Positions 17,595-26,489 of a stretch of DNA of 33,395 nucleotides are shown here, one piece after another. The stretch is from a virus (taxonomy: Duplodnaviria > Caudoviricetes): positions 1-33,395 of the IMG/VR virus record IMGVR_UViG_3300020045_014702. The stretch is one strand, 5' to 3'. The position numbers and the translations under genes are program-made. Below the pieces are notes generated by a model. That model worked only from the letters and a program-made list of their open reading frames with translations. It was not told the DNA's origin and did no database searches. Within the stretch, counting starts at the first letter, position 1. Each line of letters starts with the position of its first letter.

Positions 17595-18131
17595 TCAATC
17601 TTTGTATTTTAATAGTGAGTTCTTGATTTCGTTGATCGGAAGAGCTACTACTACACATTTTTGATTTTCTTCCTCCTTGATAATTATTTCAAGTAGCTCG
17701 TACGCTTCTGGGAAGTCTGATTGGATTCTTTTTGGAGTTGAAAGGTGAATGAGAGTTTCGTAGATTTGGTTCTGCAGCTTCTCTTTTTCTTCTTCAAGCG
17801 ATTCGAGGAGTTGTTTTTGATTAAAGAAGTAATCATACTGTTCTCGAGAGATTTCGATAGTCTTCTGATTGCCGCCTTGATGAGGGAAGCGATTGACTGT
17901 ACTTCTTTCGAGAACTAAAGTATTGTGAACCAATTGGATGTAAGATGTACAACAACAAAGATTTGGGTATTTCTTGTGAAATTCAAGTACGTCTGATGGA
18001 ATAGAGAGATCTTTAATGCACTCTTTTTCATCTCTGATCGATTGCTTGATTTCTGCGATTTTCTTACCTATGGTCTTAGCGACCATGTCTTCTGCGATCT
18101 TAGTCGCTACTCCTTGCGATATTTTTCTCAT
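17595..18131 (-). CDS. Hypothetical protein, possibly Nmad5-like
   Basis: C-terminal STPKRIQSDFPEAYELL resembles, from memory, the TxKxLxExWPEA motif of Nmad5 phage proteins. Confidence 0.5.
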   Translation of the reverse strand: MRKISQGVATKIAEDMVAKTIGKKIAEIKQSIRDEKECIKDLSIPSDVLEFHKKYPNLCCCTSYIQLVHNTLVLERSTVNRFPHQGGNQKTIEISREQYDYFFNQKQLLESLEEEKEKLQNQIYETLIHLSTPKRIQSDFPEAYELLEIIIKEEENQKCVVVALPINEIKNSLLKYKD

Positions 18132-18387
18132 TTTCGATATTATTAGTTGTTTTAAATATCATTGATTGTGCTGCTTTACATAGTTTTGCGAATCGTTTGC
18201 TCGCAGTTGTATAAGTGAAGCTTTTTGATTTTCCGAAATCTTTACATTTTTGAGCTTGATCAAGAGTGGAAAAGATTGAAATGTAATAGCGAACTTCCTT
18301 TGCTCTGTGACTGCCTGTAAATCTATGATATTCAATTAATCCAACGATGATATCGTTGATTTGAGCATAAGCTATTAATTGCTTCAT
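18100..18387 (-). CDS. Hypothetical protein
   Basis: Co-oriented ORF overlapping its neighbours in an operon. Confidence 0.55.
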   Translation of the reverse strand: MKQLIAYAQINDIIVGLIEYHRFTGSHRAKEVRYYISIFSTLDQAQKCKDFGKSKSFTYTTASKRFAKLCKAAQSMIFKTTNNIENEKNIARSSD

Positions 18388-18862
18388 CTTTTAACGCTTT
18401 TCTTTTATTCTTCTTTCTATTTCTCCAATCTTCACCATACAGTCCTAATTTCGACAAATCATCAGCTTCTTGATTCTCTTCTCGAGGAACCCATTTGATT
18501 TTCGATATTCCTGCCTTCTGAGCGTAGTGATGAGCTGTTGTGAATGCTTCTCTGAATTCAGGTTTATTAATGTAGAAATCGCCGTTAAATTGGTTTACAA
18601 TCACTTGCGAATCTGAGTAAACAAATACTGTGTATCCATCTTGTCGTAAACCTACTGCTACTTTCATAGCTTCGATACAAGCGTGCCATTCAGCGACATT
18701 GCTTGTTAGCTTCTCTTCTCTTGATTCTGCAGCGACATGAACGGCTCGACATAACTCTTCTATATAAACTCCTTCTAAGAAGACAGCTACCCCAATTCCC
18801 ATTGCTGGTTTCTCAAGATGATTATTACAAGCTCCATCTTGAAATATTTTAGCAATTTTCAT
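18332..18862 (-). CDS. rnhA: Ribonuclease HI family protein
   Basis: FQDGAC, TSNVAEW, YSDSQVIVNQ and WVPREENQEADDLS carry the four RNase H acidic residues. Confidence 0.9.
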   Translation of the reverse strand: MKIAKIFQDGACNNHLEKPAMGIGVAVFLEGVYIEELCRAVHVAAESREEKLTSNVAEWHACIEAMKVAVGLRQDGYTVFVYSDSQVIVNQFNGDFYINKPEFREAFTTAHHYAQKAGISKIKWVPREENQEADDLSKLGLYGEDWRNRKKNKRKALKDEAINSLCSNQRYHRWIN

Positions 18863-19124
18863 ACTCTACCTCTTCAGCTTTCGACTTCCATTTACCTTTG
18901 TCTCTCATTTGACGAGCTATTAAATATTCTTCTGGATCGTCCATGAATTGTCTTTCATAATTAACTGAAGACGATTCTTTTGGTTTATTCGAATACTCCT
19001 CCTCAAAAACTGACTGAGTCATATTGTTCTGAAAACTTTGAAAATGTACACTTGTATCTTTTTCAGCCCAGACAGACTCGAAATCTGGTCCAAATATTGA
19101 AAATGCACTTTGTATAAATTCCAT
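18849..19124 (-). CDS. Hypothetical protein
   Basis: Co-oriented operonic ORF. Confidence 0.6.
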   Translation of the reverse strand: MEFIQSAFSIFGPDFESVWAEKDTSVHFQSFQNNMTQSVFEEEYSNKPKESSSVNYERQFMDDPEEYLIARQMRDKGKWKSKAEEVEYENC

Positions 19125-19125
19125 A

Positions 19126-19299
19126 TTATTCTCGATTTTCGATTTCTTTTAATTTCTTTTCGATCCACTTTTGAGCGTAATGTTTAGCGTCAACTCCTTT
19201 CATCGTTCCGTTTTCAATAATGTGTTTATTGGTTTCGCGAATTCCTTGAATAACTAATTCTCTTACCAACTCTTCACTGTACACTGTTTCTTCGCTCAT
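19126..19299 (-). CDS. Small hypothetical protein (57 aa)
   Basis: Not in the ORF track. MSEETVYSEELVRELVIQGIRETNKHIIENGTMKGVDAKHYAQKWIEKKLKEIENRE fills the gap between two genes. Confidence 0.6.
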   Translation of the reverse strand: MSEETVYSEELVRELVIQGIRETNKHIIENGTMKGVDAKHYAQKWIEKKLKEIENRE

Positions 19300-19311
19300 A
19301 TTGCGATTTTA

Positions 19312-20076
19312 TTAAATTGGAAATTGAAATCCTTCTCTCTTTGCTCGGAAGCTGTTTGATCCTTCTCCGAGACCGTATCCGCTTCTCAAGTTTCTTATCG
19401 TTGCTCTCAAGAAGTCTGCTGTCGCGACTGTATCATTCATTGCTCGGTGAGCATCACTCAGTTCTACACCAGCTTTCTCCACTATAGTTCCAAGTTGATA
19501 GTTTGGTAATTCACCATCTCCTCCAAACCACATTTTACCTAATGACCAAGTATTGATGTACTCAGGATAGAAGTTCCCGAAGTGATCTCGATTACCTTTT
19601 ATCAATGACTCAAGAATATCTTGACCTCTGAGTGTTGCTTTCTTTTTATTTCCTACTGATTGAGATAAAGCATATCTTTCAAATATGTGTTGGAGGAAGT
19701 TGATATCGAACATTGGATTGTGTCCGACTAATACCGGTCGTAATCCTGGACTGTTTTTCGGATTATGAAGATTAGCAGCTTGGAATACTCCAATTACTTT
19801 CTCTACTACCTCGTTGACATCTTTACCTTCGTCCTCAACTAATTCGACTGTTACTCCTGATACCTTAATTGCTTTTTCAGTGTATTCAAGACTGTAGTCG
19901 TATGGTTTGATGAGTTCTTGATAACGACATATTTCTTCTAAACCTACTCCGCCATCAATCGCGATTAACGCAATCTCTGTCGCTGGATTTTTGTTTGAAT
20001 CTAATCCTCCAGTCTCAAAGTCGAATACTACGAATGAGTTTGGTTCTTGTGGTTTGCTATTGTTGTATCCGGCCAT
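19312..20076 (-). CDS. DEDDh 3'-5' exonuclease (DnaQ/Pol III epsilon-like)
   Basis: VFDFETGG, VGHNPMFDINFL and AHRAMND motifs. Confidence 0.92.
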   Translation of the reverse strand: MAGYNNSKPQEPNSFVVFDFETGGLDSNKNPATEIALIAIDGGVGLEEICRYQELIKPYDYSLEYTEKAIKVSGVTVELVEDEGKDVNEVVEKVIGVFQAANLHNPKNSPGLRPVLVGHNPMFDINFLQHIFERYALSQSVGNKKKATLRGQDILESLIKGNRDHFGNFYPEYINTWSLGKMWFGGDGELPNYQLGTIVEKAGVELSDAHRAMNDTVATADFLRATIRNLRSGYGLGEGSNSFRAKREGFQFPI

Positions 20077-20332
20077 TGTTCTTTTTGAAGCTATTTAAAA
20101 TTCTTTTCAAGAAAGATCTTTTGATGAGAGCTATATTGTCGTTGCTAATCCACCAAGATCGATCATCACTATGTCTGTTTAACATCGATTCATCATCCCA
20201 TTTAACTAAACAGCTTGTCACGCCTAATACAGTAACCGATCCGGTTGCTTTTTCTTTTACATATAAAGTTGAACTCAAACACTCAACTCGATCGCCGATT
20301 TGCGGATTATCCATATTACTTTTCTTTTTCAA
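20057..20332 (-). CDS. Hypothetical protein, SH3-like fold
   Basis: PQIGDRVECL...GSVTVLG...LVKWD pattern. Confidence 0.55.
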   Translation of the reverse strand: MKKKSNMDNPQIGDRVECLSSTLYVKEKATGSVTVLGVTSCLVKWDDESMLNRHSDDRSWWISNDNIALIKRSFLKRILNSFKKNNGRIQQ

Positions 20333-20582
20333 TTTTTAATACTGTCTCATCGTTGTTGACAAAGGGTGTGATTGAAAGTTCTAATACTTTCAATGGTCCA
20401 ATCTTTTGGACTTTTAGAAATTGTCCACCGTAAGCTTTGGGGATTCGTCCTTTGTTTGCCCAGTCGTGGATGTCAGATTTGCTGAACGGAGATCCATTCA
20501 TCTTCTGATTGTTTTCTTTTTTAACATGCTGAAGAAGAGATTCTACAGTGTGTTCGCTTTTGCTTAATACTAATTTCGCCAT
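20316..20582 (-). CDS. Hypothetical protein (possible DNA-binding)
   Basis: Operonic ORF; FSKSDIHDWANKGRIP resembles the helix of excisionase/MerR-type HTH domains. Confidence 0.55.
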   Translation of the reverse strand: MAKLVLSKSEHTVESLLQHVKKENNQKMNGSPFSKSDIHDWANKGRIPKAYGGQFLKVQKIGPLKVLELSITPFVNNDETVLKIEKEK

Positions 20583-20809
20583 TATATTTGGATATTTGGA
20601 ATTTTCTTTGGTTTAGGGAAGGCTTTCTCTCTTGTATTCTTAACGCATTCTCTCACTGTTCCTCCTTCAGTGAGCCCGAGACCGTTGATGTAAGATTGGT
20701 AAGTTGTCTTACCGTTACTATAGAGTTCTACATTAACTCTACAATAATCTTCACTCTTTTCTTGAGCTATCTTTTGAATTTGTTCTAAGAAACCTTTTAT
20801 TGTCGCCAT
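20582..20809 (-). CDS. Hypothetical protein
   Basis: Operonic ORF preceded by a TATCTTTA element at 20831-20838. Confidence 0.6.
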   Translation of the reverse strand: MATIKGFLEQIQKIAQEKSEDYCRVNVELYSNGKTTYQSYINGLGLTEGGTVRECVKNTREKAFPKPKKIPNIQI

Positions 20810-20875
20810 TGTTGTTTTATTTTGAGATAGTAAAGATACTATCTCTTTACATACTTCTGTTGCTTTTGGTACCTA

Positions 20876-21184
20876 TTATTCTACTTCTGGAACATTTCTC
20901 CATTCTTGTTTACCGTACTCACTGATCCAAAGCTGTTGGAGGACTTTGATCTCTATCATAGCGCCTTGATCATTATATTCGTTTGATTTCTTAAACCTGA
21001 GTTCATTGGTTGCTTTCCAAATCAGATGTCTCTCTGATGGTCTAGTTTCGATCAGAGTTGTAGAAGTGCCTTCTACAACCTCACTCTCTGCGAGAGTGGC
21101 TTTGTTTTCATTTTCCATTTCGTTTTGAACTTCTTCTATACATGAACCACATGCGATACAGTCTTCTGAAATTATATAAGCCAT
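20876..21184 (-). CDS. Hypothetical protein with a truncated 4Fe-4S ferredoxin N-terminus
   Basis: MAYIISEDCIACGSCIEE matches the start of 2x[4Fe-4S] ferredoxins but lacks the following CP and the second cluster. Confidence 0.6.
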   Translation of the reverse strand: MAYIISEDCIACGSCIEEVQNEMENENKATLAESEVVEGTSTTLIETRPSERHLIWKATNELRFKKSNEYNDQGAMIEIKVLQQLWISEYGKQEWRNVPEVE

Positions 21185-21185
21185 C

Positions 21186-21926
21186 TTACTTCAATTCTTT
21201 AACCTCTTTTACTTTCCCAAGAGGTGCGTTAATACTATAATTCTCACCAGCTTCGATTCCACTTCCGTAGGCTGGTCCAACGAAAATTTGTTTAGATTTC
21301 ACTGTTTTAATCTCTGGATTTTCGATCTTGAGGAATTTCTTTAAAGCTTCTTTATTATAGAGAACTAATCCGCTTATCTCTTCTGAATGAATCGATTGTT
21401 CTTTTTGTTTTGTGAGTTTGTTATCAATTCCGACTGTCGCTCCAACTAACCAATCTTTCAAGAAAGCGTAGCGACGATCTCCGTAAATTACTTGACTCAT
21501 TAGATCTCTTTTTACGTGAGCTTCTTGAGCGAGTCTCAGTAGTCCAATCGAAAGAAAATTGTACATCCAAACTACTGTGTCTACGTTTTCCATTCTACCG
21601 TACACTTCAAAGGTTTTTGAATATGAGCTGTATATGAAGCTGCAGAAGTTGTGACGAGTCAATACTGTGATCAACTCCATTCTCCATCGTTGTCCAGCTT
21701 GATTGTCTTTGTATGAGAGTTTCTCACTATACATCCATTTGTCGAATTCTCCTTCTTTATCATCGAGAGCGACTTGACTGAGTTCAATGTTGTACTCAAT
21801 CATCAATTCCTCAACTTTCGCTGAGAAGGCTTCTGCTTCTTCGAGAGATCCAAGTTGTTTAGCTGACTCTGCATGTCGCATCAGTTTCTTGATACGAGAT
21901 ATGATTGCGTTTTGTTTTGCTTCCAT
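21186..21926 (-). CDS. DUF2786 domain-containing protein
   Basis: IISRIKKLMRHAES...EEAEAFSAKVEELMIEYNIE N-terminal signature; AYGSGIEAG C-terminal motif. Confidence 0.8.
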   Translation of the reverse strand: MEAKQNAIISRIKKLMRHAESAKQLGSLEEAEAFSAKVEELMIEYNIELSQVALDDKEGEFDKWMYSEKLSYKDNQAGQRWRMELITVLTRHNFCSFIYSSYSKTFEVYGRMENVDTVVWMYNFLSIGLLRLAQEAHVKRDLMSQVIYGDRRYAFLKDWLVGATVGIDNKLTKQKEQSIHSEEISGLVLYNKEALKKFLKIENPEIKTVKSKQIFVGPAYGSGIEAGENYSINAPLGKVKEVKELK

Positions 21927-21938
21927 TATACGATTTTA

Positions 21939-22187
21939 TTACATAATAGATTGAAATCCTCTCCCTTCTTCAAGAGTAATGTGATTGTTTCCCCAAATCG
22001 TAACTGAGTAATTATCAGCAAATAACTTCTTGATTTCTTCTTTTTGAGAGAAGAACCTAGAATTATCGTCACATGCTACATGAATAGCAAACCTTACTGA
22101 GCCGCTTGGTTTGGTTATAACTACATTTTCATTGAGCGTTAAAGCTAGTCTCAAAATTGTTTCGAATTCGATTTTTGTACGTTTCAT
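21939..22187 (-). CDS. Hypothetical protein
   Basis: Its ATG lies inside the duplicated promoter/leader cassette. Confidence 0.65.
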   Translation of the reverse strand: MKRTKIEFETILRLALTLNENVVITKPSGSVRFAIHVACDDNSRFFSQKEEIKKLFADNYSVTIWGNNHITLEEGRGFQSIM

Positions 22188-22261
22188 AATCTTCTGTTTT
22201 TAATTGTGTCCTAAAGATACGACCTATTTTCTTACGAAACAACAAAAGTATGTTTTATTTT
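22182..22261 (-). repeat. 80-bp direct repeat (class 1 promoter + leader + ATGAAA), copy 1
   Basis: 73/80 identical to 24492-24571; all mismatches fall in one 8-bp block. Confidence 0.9.
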
Positions 22262-24249
22262 TCAGTTATTTCATTCCACTTGCCTGCTTTCAGAATTTCA
22301 TAGATCTTTTCAGCTTTGATGTAACTTTTGGTTTCTGTTTTAGTTGGTATTTTCTTCCACCTATTCCACATTGGAATCTCAAGAGTATTGTTGTATGAAT
22401 TCAACGTATTCCCAAGAATTCTGATACACTGAAACTGATCACTACTATAGCCTTTAAACCATTGATCTCTGTTTTGAGGAACTTCTAATCCAAATAATCC
22501 GTCATTCGCTACAAAGTGATCCTCTACACTTTTTCTCCACTGTTCCTCGTTGAATTCTTTTGCTTTGCTTTGAATTGCTTTCAGATCTATTTTTGTTTTT
22601 TCAAGATCAAGAATCTGTTCGTACAACTCCAATGTCTGTACTTCTATTTTTGGTTGAGTAAGAAACATCTGGTTGAGTTCAGCGAATACTTGCGACATTC
22701 TCATCATTTCAACGATTCTTCCTTCTTCGCCTGGTTGAGTGTTTGGTCCTTCAAACGCTGCATATAATCGTCTCTCAAGTGAGAATTTAACGATTACTCT
22801 GAATCTCTGCCAATCTCTTTCAGTTGATTCTTTTTTCTGAATATCGAATAATGTGATTTGAGACTCCATATAATCTCGATGAACTTTGTCTTCAACTGCG
22901 TGACAACATTCACTCAACTTACTCTTCACAGAATTACTCCATAGCTCGTATATTTTTTCAAATAACGCAAGTTTGTTTTCGTCGATCTTCTCGTTCAATT
23001 TGGTTGCTTTTTCAAGACCATTCTGTACACTATTGAGGTATTCTTCAGGAGTCAACTCGATTACTTCACCAATGAAATCAGATAGATCTTCTTCGATCGT
23101 ACCGTTTTCTCTTTTCCCAACTACTCTGTTATTCAATCGAGGATTGTTTGGATCTATCTCAGGATTAAGTGACCAATGTTTTGGACTGCTTAATTGACCG
23201 AAAGCTTCAGTCCAACCACAACAGTCAAGTACTATGAGGTGAGATCTATCTGATTTTAGTCTTGTTCCTCTACCAACCATTTGTAGATAGAGTGTGAGCG
23301 ATTTAGTTGGACGAGCTCCAACGATAACTCCTGTGTCAGGTAGATCGACTCCTTCTGTCAACATTTCGACATTTATGAGGATCTGTGTTTCTTTTTCTTC
23401 GTAAGATTTAGTTATTCTTTCAATCTCTTCTGTGGAGAGCGATGAATCAATCTGTTCTACACCTTTTACTTTCTGCTCTACAAAGACTTTCTTTAAATTG
23501 CGAGCATGTTCCTTATCGACAGCAAAAACGATTGCTTGACGATTGTCTCCATACTGCTTGTACATTTCTACTACATAGTTGAGGTATTCAGGTTGTCTCA
23601 TGTAGTGTGAGAGTTGTTGTTGTTGGTAGTCGTTCGCTACCTCATCTACTTCTTTTTCAATTTCACCAATCGGAGCTACATAAGTTTTATATTTAGCTAA
23701 GAAACCTTTCTCGATAAGTGAAGCAGTAGTTTCAGTGCTACACACCATACATTCGAAATGTTCATCTAAACGCTTTTTATCCTTGCGGTAGGGAGTGGCG
23801 TCACATCCTAATTTCTTGATATTCAGGTTGTTAATTTCGATTGCTTTGAGAACTTTGTCGTAAGAGTTGGTTCTTGAGTTTCTGGCTTCATCGATCACTA
23901 CCATATCCCAATCTCTTTCAAGAAGCTTGCCTAAACGTGCATCTTTCACTGCTGTTCGGATCGAAACGATTATAACGTTACTATCCATATTCTCTGCAGT
24001 ACTTGCTATGAGTAATCCAGCTTTGATTCCTACATTTGAAAGATGTTGTTTGAGTTGAGTGAGTAATCTGCGTTTGTGAGCGAAGACTATGATCTTTTGA
24101 TCTTTGTGATCGCTGATGATCTTAGATAGGACCACAGACTTTCCTCCACCAGTTGGAAGCTGGTAGAGGATTGAGTTGTATTCAGTCCAAGCTGATTCGA
24201 TTCTTTCTATATCAGACTTTTGATAATCTCTGAGTTTTATTTCTTTCAT
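22255..24249 (-). CDS. Superfamily 2 helicase (DExx, Res-subunit/YejH-like) with long C-terminal extension
   Basis: LRDYQ, QLPTGGGKS, VIDEAR, DATPYR, LTEGVDLP and QMVGRGTR motifs. Confidence 0.92.
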   Translation of the reverse strand: MKEIKLRDYQKSDIERIESAWTEYNSILYQLPTGGGKSVVLSKIISDHKDQKIIVFAHKRRLLTQLKQHLSNVGIKAGLLIASTAENMDSNVIIVSIRTAVKDARLGKLLERDWDMVVIDEARNSRTNSYDKVLKAIEINNLNIKKLGCDATPYRKDKKRLDEHFECMVCSTETTASLIEKGFLAKYKTYVAPIGEIEKEVDEVANDYQQQQLSHYMRQPEYLNYVVEMYKQYGDNRQAIVFAVDKEHARNLKKVFVEQKVKGVEQIDSSLSTEEIERITKSYEEKETQILINVEMLTEGVDLPDTGVIVGARPTKSLTLYLQMVGRGTRLKSDRSHLIVLDCCGWTEAFGQLSSPKHWSLNPEIDPNNPRLNNRVVGKRENGTIEEDLSDFIGEVIELTPEEYLNSVQNGLEKATKLNEKIDENKLALFEKIYELWSNSVKSKLSECCHAVEDKVHRDYMESQITLFDIQKKESTERDWQRFRVIVKFSLERRLYAAFEGPNTQPGEEGRIVEMMRMSQVFAELNQMFLTQPKIEVQTLELYEQILDLEKTKIDLKAIQSKAKEFNEEQWRKSVEDHFVANDGLFGLEVPQNRDQWFKGYSSDQFQCIRILGNTLNSYNNTLEIPMWNRWKKIPTKTETKSYIKAEKIYEILKAGKWNEITEK

Positions 24250-24497
24250 TTGTTAAGGATTTGTTTCCAAACTTCTTTATCTTTCTTGATTTCTTTAGTT
24301 GCTAATTTTTCCAAATCTCCTTGAAACAATTCGATCGTTCTTGTGGTGTAGTTAGATATTAAAGATCCTCTCGAATAGTAACCACTCATTAAAATACCAC
24401 CGTTATTAGTTTGTACACTATAGTCGTATGAATCGTAATTAAGGATCAATTCTACTACTGTACTCATTACTCTGATTGAAATGTTGATCTTTTTCAT
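24246..24497 (-). CDS. Hypothetical protein
   Basis: ATG inside repeat copy 2; ATGA overlap with the helicase. Confidence 0.65.
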   Translation of the reverse strand: MKKINISIRVMSTVVELILNYDSYDYSVQTNNGGILMSGYYSRGSLISNYTTRTIELFQGDLEKLATKEIKKDKEVWKQILNK

Positions 24498-24571
24498 AAT
24501 CTTCTGTTTTTAATTACGCTGCGAAGATACGACCTATTTTCTTACGAAACAACAAAAGTATGTTTTATTTT
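24492..24571 (-). repeat. 80-bp direct repeat (class 1 promoter + leader + ATGAAA), copy 2
   Basis: 73/80 identical to 22182-22261. Confidence 0.9.
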
Positions 24572-24577
24572 CGAATT

Positions 24578-25123
24578 TTATACTGGAATCGTATTAATTA
24601 GATCTTTTACAGCTAAGATAGTTTGTAGCAAAGCTATAACTGTGTCTGGAAGTATGAAAAAGATGTTCACTGCTGCTTGAAGGAGTCTTTGAAAGGTTTG
24701 AAGCAAAGTATTGCAAAGCGATGAGAATGTATTCTTTTTTGTTTTGTTCTCCAGTAATACATAAGCTGGGTTTGGTGCTACTGGAGGAACTCCGATTGCT
24801 GGTGGCATTAAGGCTGTAGCGATCGTTGTTGCGACATTCTCAGTTAATTGCACTGTTCCTTCAGTAACAGTTTGAATTGAGGATTTGATTGTAGCAATTT
24901 GCTCGTTGATATAATCTGAACCTGTAGATTTCAAGGAGTCTATGATTTGAGACTTTTGTTCAGCTCTTTGCTCTTTTGTCGGTAAGGCGTCAAGCTTAGC
25001 TTTGTATGTTGGATTATTCTCCACCATTCCATCTATAACTGAATTGAAATCTAATCCAGGAACTTCTATTGATCCTCCTAATTGAGAGATCAAGTCTTTT
25101 TGTTGTTGCAATGATACTGGCAT
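24578..25123 (-). CDS. Hypothetical helical protein
   Basis: 181 aa with a PPAIGVPPVAPNP hinge between long helices. Confidence 0.65.
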   Translation of the reverse strand: MPVSLQQQKDLISQLGGSIEVPGLDFNSVIDGMVENNPTYKAKLDALPTKEQRAEQKSQIIDSLKSTGSDYINEQIATIKSSIQTVTEGTVQLTENVATTIATALMPPAIGVPPVAPNPAYVLLENKTKKNTFSSLCNTLLQTFQRLLQAAVNIFFILPDTVIALLQTILAVKDLINTIPV

Positions 25124-25138
25124 ATTGGTTGAATTTAG

Positions 25139-25182
25139 AAAAACCTCACTCTTCCTAACAATAAGGTGTGAGTGAGGTTTTT
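25139..25182. terminator. Inverted repeat, possible bidirectional terminator
   Basis: AAAAACCTCACTC-N18-GAGTGAGGTTTTT. Confidence 0.6.
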
Positions 25183-25228
25183 GAGTTTAATTTATTCTCT
25201 TTGATATCAATTTAGTATGATTTCTGAC

Positions 25229-25552
25229 TCATACGAGGACTTGTGGTTTTATACCAAATGACCAAGGTTCCTGTTTGATTTTCGGCAGATTGGTTACAGA
25301 CTTCACTCTTTCACTGAGCTGAGGAACGATATCAACTTCTCTCCCTCGATCTTCTCGAGTTAACAGCTCTCCTCTAATGATAGTCTGGTTTTGAATGAAA
25401 GTGTCGTAGTCGTTACTAGAATTACCGCCTTGATTTATCCAAGAGCTCTTATCTACAACTGATGGAGACTTTTGGTTCGACTTGCTCTCGATACTGGTCG
25501 AACAGTTTGAGAGTGCTAAGCAGACGGTTAATAATAGGGTTGACTTTTTCAT
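25229..25552 (-). CDS. Putative lipoprotein
   Basis: MKKSTLLLTVCLALSNC signal peptide II-like N-terminus. Confidence 0.6.
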   Translation of the reverse strand: MKKSTLLLTVCLALSNCSTSIESKSNQKSPSVVDKSSWINQGGNSSNDYDTFIQNQTIIRGELLTREDRGREVDIVPQLSERVKSVTNLPKIKQEPWSFGIKPQVLV

Positions 25553-25764
25553 TCGATTTTTGTTTTAAAGTTACGAGATACTTTACGATTTATGAGTTGA
25601 TCTTCAAGTAAACTCTCAATCGATTTGATTAAGCCAAGAAGAATTCTTCCTCGATTCCATATCTCGTTATATTTTTAGTAGCAGTTCAATAGATTCTCTC
25701 ATCCTTGTCTCCTTCTGTTCAGTGAAGGTTAGATTGGCTCACTTTCGAGTTTCCATCTCTGCTA

Positions 25765-25947
25765 CTATTTCTTTAATCTTAAATGTCTTAGGCGATCTTT
25801 CTTAATCTCTGAGTTTGTTTTTATTTTGAAAGCTATAAAACTGATTAAATTTACCAATCCTGATAAAATGAAATAAATAATAAAGAGAGTTGCTGAGATG
25901 ATTCCAGCTAATACTAGATCGTTTAATCCTTGTTGAATACTTGTCAT
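25765..25947 (-). CDS. Small membrane protein
   Basis: Long hydrophobic stretch followed by a basic tail. Confidence 0.5.
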   Translation of the reverse strand: MTSIQQGLNDLVLAGIISATLFIIYFILSGLVNLISFIAFKIKTNSEIKKDRLRHLRLKK

Positions 25948-25977
25948 AGTGACTCGATTTTTAAATGTTAATGTGTT

Positions 25978-26095
25978 TTAGCGAGAAGTGCTTTCAGCTT
26001 TCACTTTTTGCTATTTGGGGCGGTTCTTATATTACCATGAACTATAATCTTTCGATTATGTTTTACTTACCTCCACCATGCAGTAAGCTCGCTAA
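25978..26095 (-). ncRNA. Unassigned structured RNA A (double pseudoknot)
   Basis: Closing stem TTAGCGAG/CTCGCTAA; hairpin CTTACT/GGTAAG whose loop GGTGG can pair with CCGCC; ATAATC-GAAA-GATTAT; AATAGCAA then AAGTG-AAAGCTGAAAG-CACTT. Confidence 0.65.
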
Positions 26096-26103
26096 TTTTA
26101 TTG

Positions 26104-26465
26104 TGGAGGTGGAGGGAGTCGAACCCTCGTCCAAACACGGAATCAGTATTGAAATTAATTACAGCTTCACTCATCCGTTCTGGAGATACTATCAAGTTTG
26201 AGAAACTTGTAAACTAGGCTGAAGGATACTTCCTCCAACTCCACCACCTCATTTTATCTAAACAAGGAAACTCTTCAAAAACTTCTGACTACTCTTATGC
26301 AGCAGCTTTCACTGATACACGTTGTGCAAAATTGATTACTAGTACTTCATCAATCATGCGTTGGATTTTGTTGTCAATTAATTTTGTGATCTTTTGAAAC
26401 GAGACCTTATCAAACTCGTGCTGTTCCAATACCGCTTCGACATGCTGTCAAAACCAAACACCCCC
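26104..26465 (-). ncRNA. ssrA: tmRNA
   Basis: 5' GGGGGTGTTTGGTTTTGACAG; 3' GAGGG-TTCGACT-CCCTC-CACCTCC-A with G3:U70 pair. Tag frame 26375-26295 encodes DNKIQRMIDEVLVINFAQRVSVKAAA*. CCA not encoded. Confidence 0.93.
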
Positions 26466-26489
26466 ATATTTCAATGAACTCTTTTAAAA

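Noticed and set aside
22182-24571. CRISPR array or transposon ends
   Set aside because: Only two full copies, kilobases apart, containing promoter and start-codon signals; no spacers, cas genes or transposase.
25965-26201. 78-aa plus-strand ORF
   Set aside because: Antisense to the tmRNA 3' end and RNA A.
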